In this document: piece after piece, positions 57,556-64,000 of the stretch
Numbering within the stretch: the stretch's first letter is position 1
Layout of the letters: the number at the start of each line of letters is the position of its first letter
Assembly (NCBI GenBank): GCA_964225175.1
Contig: CAXQNK010000105.1
Span: 15,120-79,119 of the forward strand
Direction: 5' to 3'
Source: Nitrosopumilus sp.
Lineage (GTDB): Bacteria; Pseudomonadota; Gammaproteobacteria; Xanthomonadales; SZUA-36
Length of the DNA stretch: 64,000 bases
Made by a program: the position numbers and the translations under genes
The notes under the pieces: generated by a model
The model's input: only the letters and a program-made list of their open reading frames with translations
The model's database searches: none
What the model was told of the DNA's origin: nothing

Positions 57556-58116
57556 ATGGAAATCGTTAAGATCAACCTGGGTTCCGGGCACTGGAAATTT
57601 GAAGGCTGGGTCAACGTGGACCTGGACAGGAAGAGTCGTCCCGATGTTTGCGCCAACCTCGCAGCACCCCTGCCTTTTCGCAACGCTGTTGCGGATTTCT
57701 TGCACGCTGAGGATTTCATCGACCAGCTGGAACTTGACCAGGCGCGTAGCTTTCTCAGCGAGTGCCGCAGAGTGCTGAAACCCGGCGGCGTGGCGCGGAT
57801 GTTGATGCCTGATCTCGAGAAAATGGCACGAATGTACCTGAAAGATCCCGAGGGCCTGAAGCGACTCTGGCTGGAGCATGTGGGCGTGCCTTTGGCCATC
57901 GGAACGAGCGGAGAGGTTTTCAACCTGGGCATGCGCTTTGCCGGTCACCGCTTCATGTACGACCCCGAAACGTTTAAGCAGCTCTGCCGGGAGTGTGGTT
58001 TCGAAGCCCGCAGAGCCTCGTACAATCAGAGCGATGTTCCCGAGTTGCGCGCGCTCGACCTGCGCGGACCGCATAACTCCATCAGTATGCACTTCGATTG
58101 CTACGCGACCCCCTGA
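57556..58116 (+). CDS. class I SAM-dependent methyltransferase (Methyltransf_11-like)
   Basis: 186 aa. Contains KINLGSGHWKFEGWVNVD and RVLKPGGVARMLMPD. Confidence 0.65.
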   Translation: MEIVKINLGSGHWKFEGWVNVDLDRKSRPDVCANLAAPLPFRNAVADFLHAEDFIDQLELDQARSFLSECRRVLKPGGVARMLMPDLEKMARMYLKDPEGLKRLWLEHVGVPLAIGTSGEVFNLGMRFAGHRFMYDPETFKQLCRECGFEARRASYNQSDVPELRALDLRGPHNSISMHFDCYATP

Positions 58117-58125
58117 GCTGAAAGT

Positions 58126-58929
58126 TCAGACCGTTGCCAATAAATCCAGCAATTGCTCCGGCGAGCGCCAGTCCCGACCACAGACGTAACGCGGAAGATT
58201 CCATCGATCGCTGTCCCTCGTGACAGATCCGGCTCGCGTACCGAAGGCCGCGCGCGTGAGATGCTGCTCTGCATGGCCCGGGAAAAACTCCTCCCGGATA
58301 TATCGGCTGGATTCACCAAACGGGTAGGCGAAAAACCCGGGCCAGGTTCCGCTGCGCCCCCGAATGTACTCGGCGGCATCGATCACCTGTTGACGGCATT
58401 GCTCGTGGGTATCAATCGTCCCGAACCCCCGGGCGCTGCCCTCATGCTCGAGCAGGTCGGGATGATTGTGGTCCCAGCCGTGATTCGCCACGGCAAGCAA
58501 CCCGCCAGGGTTTGCCCACCACGCTTCGCTCATCCAGCCCTGACCAAACAGGGATTTACGGTCGATGATCTTGCGTGCTTGCGGTGACGCAATGACGAAA
58601 CTGGTGGCATGCAGGCCGGGCAGGGCATCGCGACCGTGCCGTTGTTGAAAATCCTGCATGATGCCTACCATGCTGCGTTGCAGGCCGAATCCAGGCCACT
58701 CAATGTCCTTGATGTCAAAGTCGCAGCCGTCATCAAAGGTCAGGCAAACACAGGGTTCGTGCAGTGAATCATTTTTGTCGTCCAGCCAGTCGGCCAGCTG
58801 CGACAGGGAGACGATGTGTGTTCCGCTTGTGTACAGCGCCTTGAGGTCTCCTGCAAAGGCGACATGATCATTATTGGCGGTCGAGTGACCGGCGATATTC
58901 TGCGAGTGATAGGTCAGTACAGCGGGCAC
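58126..58929 (-). CDS. polysaccharide deacetylase (NodB-homology) family protein
   Basis: 267 aa. Contains VCLTFDDGCDFD and VANHGWDHNHP. Confidence 0.7.
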   Translation of the reverse strand: MPAVLTYHSQNIAGHSTANNDHVAFAGDLKALYTSGTHIVSLSQLADWLDDKNDSLHEPCVCLTFDDGCDFDIKDIEWPGFGLQRSMVGIMQDFQQRHGRDALPGLHATSFVIASPQARKIIDRKSLFGQGWMSEAWWANPGGLLAVANHGWDHNHPDLLEHEGSARGFGTIDTHEQCRQQVIDAAEYIRGRSGTWPGFFAYPFGESSRYIREEFFPGHAEQHLTRAAFGTRAGSVTRDSDRWNLPRYVCGRDWRSPEQLLDLLATV

Positions 58930-58932
58930 GGT

Positions 58933-59856
58933 CTACTCGGGTGAGTTTCCCCAAAGGGCGGCATTTTTACGCCACAGTGACAACAGGTACGGACGATACA
59001 GAGCCACTTCCGCGGTGTCGGCACGCTGGTCCATGTAAGACAGCATGTCCTGCGCACTGAGTGTGCCGAAGATGACATCGACGAACTGGCCGAAGAGCTC
59101 CGCATACAGCGGCGAGTAGGCAACCTGGTCCCGATTCTCGTCGAGTCGACGCGTTTGCGCCTCGAGGGCAACCGTGCCAAGGCTCTTCCCCGCGATGATT
59201 TGCACGGACTGAGATTCATGATAGTTGGCCAGCGGGGTGAATCCGGCTTGACTGACGTACAACTCAAATTCCTCGGGTGTACAGAATTGATTGCGACCCA
59301 CATCCTTGCGTTGCGTTTGGTCAGCATCGGCCCAGACCAGCGGTTCATAGGCCCAGCGGCGCCAGCCGACCGGATGCACCAGGTTCCAGGTCTCTACAAA
59401 AATCAGACCACCCGTTTTGAGCACCCGATGCAGGTCCTGGAGGTAAAGAAACAGATCTTCCTTGTCCATGTGGCAGAACACGGCAATGGAGTATGCCTTA
59501 TCGACAGACTGGCCCGGCAAGGCGTCGAGAGCGCTTCTGGTCAGCACGTGAAAATCGACATTGGCATGGCAATCCAGGCGTCGGCTCGCGTGTTCAATCA
59601 TGTTTGCCGAAATATCCACGCCGGTCCAGCGCCCGCAGCGCGGTGCGAGCTCCCTGCCGATTCGCCCTACGCCACAACCCAACTCAAGGACATGATCGGT
59701 CGTTTTCACGTCTAGTGCGGTAGCGACCTGCTCCGCAGACCAGGCTCCGGTGTGTCTCAAAATGTCTTCGCTGCTGCTGCCGTCAACTGCGGCCATGGCT
59801 GCTTCGGGAGTCAAAGCCCGTTGATCCCACAGGGCGCCGTATGAGGTCTGATTCAT
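58933..59856 (-). CDS. class I SAM-dependent methyltransferase
   Basis: 307 aa with the SAM motif VLELGCGVGRIGRELA. Confidence 0.75.
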   Translation of the reverse strand: MNQTSYGALWDQRALTPEAAMAAVDGSSSEDILRHTGAWSAEQVATALDVKTTDHVLELGCGVGRIGRELAPRCGRWTGVDISANMIEHASRRLDCHANVDFHVLTRSALDALPGQSVDKAYSIAVFCHMDKEDLFLYLQDLHRVLKTGGLIFVETWNLVHPVGWRRWAYEPLVWADADQTQRKDVGRNQFCTPEEFELYVSQAGFTPLANYHESQSVQIIAGKSLGTVALEAQTRRLDENRDQVAYSPLYAELFGQFVDVIFGTLSAQDMLSYMDQRADTAEVALYRPYLLSLWRKNAALWGNSPE

Positions 59857-60131
59857 GTCCTCGCTCCGAGGCGGGCGCTTCGAATTGCCGCTTTCCCCAT
59901 GGCGTCCATGCGAGACGCGAGGGCGACAAATTCAGAAGCCATCTCCGGCCTTCTCGCTTCTTGTTTTTGGGTCGCGAAGTATAGCTTTTCTAATGAGGCA
60001 AGTCTGCATATCTCTCGAGGTGCAGTGCCGTGGGGACTGTCAATGCGCGCCCAATTCGGACAGAATTCCTCCAGATGACTCTTGTTCGCCGCGTGAAATG
60101 AAACGTGGCAGGAAAACCTGGTTTTTGACTC

Positions 60132-60788
60132 ATGGCAAAACTTTACTTTTATTACTCTGCAATGAATGCGGGTAAAACAACCGTTCTACTGCAGTCCGCT
60201 CATAATTACCGGGAGCGCGGCATGACGCCCCTTCTTTTCACTCCGCGCCTCGATGATCGCTATGGTGTTGGCCTGATTCAGTCGCGCATCGGCCTGAAAT
60301 CAAATGCGCTGATTTTTGAGGAGGATCATGATCTGTTTGACACAACACGGGCTGAGCTGGAGAAAAGAAATATTCACTGTGTGCTTGTGGATGAAGCCCA
60401 GTTTCTTGTTCGGGATCAGGTGTATCAACTGTCCGAGGTGGTCGATGAGCTGAATATTCCCGTCCTGTGTTTCGGTTTGCGAACCGACTTTCAGGGCGAG
60501 TTGTTCACGGGCAGCAAATATCTTCTGGCCTGGGCCGACGAGTTACAGGAACTGAAGACCATCTGTCACACGGGCCGTAAGGCTACCATGGTCGTTCGGG
60601 TGGACGAGAATGGCTATGCCGTTCAGCAAGGTTCCCAGATCGAAATTGGCGGTAACGATCGATATGTCTCGGTCAGTCGCAAGGAATTCAAGAGCGTGTT
60701 CACCGGGGCCAAGCGCATCAAGTTTATTGATGTCGTGCCCGGTGCGGCGGGTGATGACGGCGAGGAAATTCCGCCGGGTCTGCTATGA
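60132..60788 (+). CDS. tdk: thymidine kinase
   Basis: Starts [30 protein letters not shown] (P-loop). Also has VDEAQFL and C-terminal Zn-site residues. Confidence 0.92.
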   Translation: MAKLYFYYSAMNAGKTTVLLQSAHNYRERGMTPLLFTPRLDDRYGVGLIQSRIGLKSNALIFEEDHDLFDTTRAELEKRNIHCVLVDEAQFLVRDQVYQLSEVVDELNIPVLCFGLRTDFQGELFTGSKYLLAWADELQELKTICHTGRKATMVVRVDENGYAVQQGSQIEIGGNDRYVSVSRKEFKSVFTGAKRIKFIDVVPGAAGDDGEEIPPGLL

Positions 60789-60824
60789 TTCTGTTATCGC
60801 CCAGTCTCAGGATGAGGTCTTAGC

Positions 60825-61037
60825 ATGCGGTTCTTGATTGTCATCATCGTGTTGCTCCTTGCAGTTTACAAATTTATGCCTGAACCGGAGCCCGTTCCCC
60901 TTGAGGAGGGCATCATTGGGGAGCAGGTGAAGGTTTTGCGGAAAGCCGAGAATTACGAGGACCAGTACATCAAGTCCACCGACGCTCGAAAAGAGCAGAT
61001 GGAGGAGCAGTTGGAAAAAGCGGCTGGAGGCGGCTGA
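60825..61037 (+). CDS. small membrane-anchored hypothetical protein
   Basis: 70 aa. Starts MRFLIVIIVLLLAVYKF (TM), followed by a charged helix. No family recognised. Confidence 0.4.
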   Translation: MRFLIVIIVLLLAVYKFMPEPEPVPLEEGIIGEQVKVLRKAENYEDQYIKSTDARKEQMEEQLEKAAGGG

Positions 61038-61045
61038 TTCCAGAT

Positions 61046-62191
61046 CTATTTCTGAGAGTTTCGGCTGCTTTCTAAAGCCTGGCGCAATTCCGAAACGATG
61101 TCGGCGGCATCCTCGATGCCCACTGAAACCCTGATCAACTGGTCTCTGATTCCAAGGCGTTCTCGTTCATCTTTCGGCACTTTCTCGTGCGACGTGGCGA
61201 CCGGCTGCGAGACAATGGTCTCAATGCCACCAAGACTCACCGCGCACGGAATCCACTTCAGCTGACTCAGAAAACCAATGGGTTGAATGTCCTCGGCGAG
61301 TTCGAAACTCAGCATGCCGCCAAATTCACTCATTTGTCGGACCGCGATATCGTGACCAGGATGGCTTTCCAGGCCCGGATAATATACCCGTTGCACCGCC
61401 TCGTTTTGGTCCAGCGCCTCCGCGACAGCCATTGCGTTAACGCTTTGCTGGCGGACCCGCAAGGCCAGTGTTTTCAAACTGCGCTCGAGGAGCGCGCAGT
61501 CCTGTGCATTCAGGTTGCCGCCATACATCAGGGCATGAGCGCGAATTGTGCCGATTAATTCCGCAGAGCCAAGAATGGCTCCGCAGGACAGATCGCTGTG
61601 GCCGCCAAGGTACTTGGTGCCGCTGTGCACGACCAGGTCGAAGCCAAAGCGCAGAGGGTTCTGCAAAATAGGAGTTGCGAAGGTGTTGTCAATGACGCTG
61701 ATGAGTTCGAATTCGCGAGCAAATTCCGCGACTACGGTGAGATCCACAACCGATAGCAGTGGGTTGGTGGGAGACTCCACAAACAGCAATTTCGTATTGG
61801 GCCTGAGTCCGGCGCTCAGATCTGGAATCGTTCCCGCGCAAAAGCTGTAGTCGATCCCCAGTCGATCGAATTCCCTCGTCACCAGCCCATAGGTTCCGCC
61901 GTAAACCCCCTCGAGCACAATGGCGTGATCGCCGGGGGCGAGCAGCCCGATGGTTGCCGCAGATATGGCGGCCATGCCCGAACTTGTCACCATGCCGTCT
62001 TCGGCCGACTCCAGAGCGCACAGCTTGTCCGCGACCACCTGCTGGTTGAAGGTATTGAAATAACGGGGATAGCGAATGTGGGGCGTGCCCAGGTATTCGA
62101 TGGCACTGGAGGTAAATATCGGAGAATTGATGCCCCCTTGATTCGACTCCGACCTGCTTCCTGCGTGCACAGACATGGTTGATTTTTTCAC
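61046..62191 (-). CDS. Cys/Met-metabolism PLP-dependent enzyme (cystathionine gamma-synthase/beta-lyase family)
   Basis: 381 aa with the PLP-lysine region VVHSGTKYLGGHSD. Confidence 0.85.
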   Translation of the reverse strand: MKKSTMSVHAGSRSESNQGGINSPIFTSSAIEYLGTPHIRYPRYFNTFNQQVVADKLCALESAEDGMVTSSGMAAISAATIGLLAPGDHAIVLEGVYGGTYGLVTREFDRLGIDYSFCAGTIPDLSAGLRPNTKLLFVESPTNPLLSVVDLTVVAEFAREFELISVIDNTFATPILQNPLRFGFDLVVHSGTKYLGGHSDLSCGAILGSAELIGTIRAHALMYGGNLNAQDCALLERSLKTLALRVRQQSVNAMAVAEALDQNEAVQRVYYPGLESHPGHDIAVRQMSEFGGMLSFELAEDIQPIGFLSQLKWIPCAVSLGGIETIVSQPVATSHEKVPKDERERLGIRDQLIRVSVGIEDAADIVSELRQALESSRNSQK

Positions 62192-62272
62192 TCTTTAGCT
62201 CCTGCTGCCGGGTTTTTCATCCCGTGTGGGTTCATGGCGAGCGCCCCATTTCGGGGTGATTCACGCCATGAT

Positions 62273-63082
62273 TTAGCGCTGACATGATGAACAATAATAG
62301 GACGATCTTTGCCCGATCACTTTTCGCCTGATCGTGCCACTGCATTGCATGCAAGTGAGTCCATTCCGCTCGTAGACCAAAAGATCCTGCGCGAAATATC
62401 CTGGGGTGCCGCCGGTACCACTGAAGTCTCTCAAAGTGGTACCTCCCTGTTGAATCGCGCGGCGAAGCACATCACGAATTGCCTCAGCAAGGACCGTGTA
62501 GCGCGCCAGCGAAATCCTACCTGCCGCGCGATTTGGATGAATTCCCGCCATGAACAAGGCTTCGGAGGCATAAATGTTTCCGACACCGACGACGACCCGG
62601 CCATCCATGATGAAACTCTTCACCGGCAGTCTACGGTTGTGAGCCAGTCGGTGCAGATACTGCCCATCAAAATCATTCCCCAGCGGTTCGGGACCCAGCG
62701 AAGCGAGCAGCGCGTGGCGCTCTGCCGGGCCCTCACTCCAGTGCAGTGACCCAAAGCGTCTCGGATCGCAGTAGCGCAAGGTGACTCGGTCGGTATTGAT
62801 GTCGAAGTGTTCATGTTTGCGCAGAGCTTCATTCTCGCGACTGGCGCGGATGGAGCCAGACATCCCCAGGTGCAACAGCAATGCGCCCCACGAACCTTCG
62901 ATGATGATGTACTTGGCTCGCCTTCTCACCCGCTCAACGCGTTGACCGCATGCGGCAAGAACCTGGTCGCTCACAGGCCATCGCAACCGAGGCTCGCGAA
63001 TATCGATGGAGATGATGGTTTGACCCTCAAGCCAGGGCCGTATGCCTCGACAGGTGGTCTCAACTTCGGGTAATTCCGGCAC
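62273..63082 (-). CDS. mutM: formamidopyrimidine-DNA glycosylase
   Basis: GTG start at 63082 gives (M)PELPEVETT. It has a C-terminal zinc finger (CMQCSGTIRRKVIGQRSSYYCSSCQ) and is 269 aa. Confidence 0.92.
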   Translation of the reverse strand: MPELPEVETTCRGIRPWLEGQTIISIDIREPRLRWPVSDQVLAACGQRVERVRRRAKYIIIEGSWGALLLHLGMSGSIRASRENEALRKHEHFDINTDRVTLRYCDPRRFGSLHWSEGPAERHALLASLGPEPLGNDFDGQYLHRLAHNRRLPVKSFIMDGRVVVGVGNIYASEALFMAGIHPNRAAGRISLARYTVLAEAIRDVLRRAIQQGGTTLRDFSGTGGTPGYFAQDLLVYERNGLTCMQCSGTIRRKVIGQRSSYYCSSCQR

Positions 63083-63142
63083 CCCTATGCCTCGCTTGTG
63101 AATCCGCAATACAATACTGCAAACAGTGGGGTCAAATCACTC

Positions 63143-64000
63143 GTGCTTCCAGAGGCTGTCATCCTGGCTGGTGTGGATACCGGCGGTACATTCACAGATG
63201 TTGTCGTCGCCCTCGATGGCACGCTCAGGCACTGCAAGGTGTTATCCACCCCGGATGATCCCTCTGAAGCGATTCATGAAGGCCTGGAGCGCCTGGGCGT
63301 TGCGCAGACGGTCACTCGGTTAATCCATGGAACGACGGTAGGTACGAATGCGGTGCTGGAAGGCAAGGGCGCTAAGGTCGTTTATGTGACGAGCGAGGGA
63401 TTCGGCGATGTTCTCACGCTGGGGCGCCAGCAACGTTCGGAAGTTTATTCACTGTGCCAAGCCAAATTGAGCCCCCCGGTCCCGGCCGCGTTGTGTCTGG
63501 AGGTGCCCATACGTATTACCGCTGATGGCGAGCTTCTGCATCGTGCGGATGAGGAAGCGCTCACCCAACTTGAGGAGACTGTTCGCGAACTGGATCCGGA
63601 CGCAGTGGCAGTCAACCTTTTGTTTTCCTTCCTGCGCCCGGACGAAGAGCGGCGTGTTGCGTCGGCTCTTGGTGAAGCCTGGTTTGTTTCCCTGTCCAGC
63701 GAGGTTTTGCCTGAATCACGGGAATACGAGCGGGGTATGGCCACATGGCTGAACGCATCGGTGGGTCCTGTCATATCCCGCTATCTGAAAAAGTTGCAGC
63801 GGCGACTGCCTCAGGCCGAGATTTCCGTGATGCAGTCCTCGGGCACAACCATTTCAGCGGGCCAGGCGGCGCAGCAGGCTGTGCGGCTGCTTTTGTCTGG
63901 ACCCGCGGGCGGTTTGGCCGCTGCACGTTTGTTGGCACAAGAGTGCGAAATAGACCGCCTCTTGAGCTTTGACATGGGCGGCACATCGACCGACGTATCT
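63143..64000 (+). CDS. hydantoinase/oxoprolinase family protein, N-terminal part (runs off the window; absent from the ORF track)
   Basis: Open frame from GTG at 63143 to base 64000. Translation: (M)LPEAVILAGVDTGGTFTDVV...IHGTTVGTNAVLEGKGAKV...SFDMGGTSTDVS. Confidence 0.8.
   Translation, partial: MLPEAVILAGVDTGGTFTDVVVALDGTLRHCKVLSTPDDPSEAIHEGLERLGVAQTVTRLIHGTTVGTNAVLEGKGAKVVYVTSEGFGDVLTLGRQQRSEVYSLCQAKLSPPVPAALCLEVPIRITADGELLHRADEEALTQLEETVRELDPDAVAVNLLFSFLRPDEERRVASALGEAWFVSLSSEVLPESREYERGMATWLNASVGPVISRYLKKLQRRLPQAEISVMQSSGTTISAGQAAQQAVRLLLSGPAGGLAAARLLAQECEIDRLLSFDMGGTSTDVS

Overview
This is a GC-rich gammaproteobacterial chromosomal segment. That assignment is inferred from synteny (tolC-waaA/lpxL, groESL, cutA-dsbD-aroQ-accBC-prmA) and is not verified. 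I found no rRNA, tRNA, CRISPR array, transposase or integrase.

Layout:
- 1-8.5 kb: envelope and LPS-core genes (tolC 3' end, waaA, lpxL, an O-antigen-ligase-like gene, a GT4 glycosyltransferase) and glnE.
- 8.5-15.8 kb: an accessory-looking patch. It holds a decayed P-type ATPase remnant, a TorF-type porin, an AT-richer sulfotransferase coupled to a Tyr-rich secreted repeat protein, a flavin-halogenase-like gene and orphan genes.
- 15.8-23.2 kb: an exported chorismate mutase/cyclohexadienyl dehydratase fusion, an acyl-CoA synthetase, an LEA-2 lipoprotein, a molybdopterin oxidoreductase and an AhpD-like gene.
- 23.6-28.6 kb: three consecutive minus-strand genes (secreted MBL hydrolase, 2OG-Fe(II) oxygenase, AT-richer membrane sulfatase/LTA-synthase-like). 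Each is preceded by a copy of the same conserved 75-115 nt element.
- 28.9-33.1 kb: groESL with a sigma-32 promoter, a TraR/DksA-like gene, DUF456, an ACT protein and arfB.
- 33.2-43.3 kb: a tightly coupled 11-gene operon headed by a LitR/CarH-type B12 photoreceptor regulator. It contains the amine-oxidase-like flavoprotein/DUF1365/CFA-synthase-like trio associated with furan fatty acid synthesis, and ends in DUF2256 plus an FeS-type photolyase. A TGTACA-N12-TGTACA site and a candidate small RNA lie upstream.
- 43.4-50.9 kb: a DUF885-MliC fusion lipoprotein, a beta-CASP RNase, a redoxin and a second light module (small ORF, CPD photolyase, CIA30, SDR).
- 51-64 kb: housekeeping genes.

The least explained signal is the repeat family at 24.8-28.6 kb. 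The most coherent system is the B12/light-controlled lipid-modification and photorepair island.
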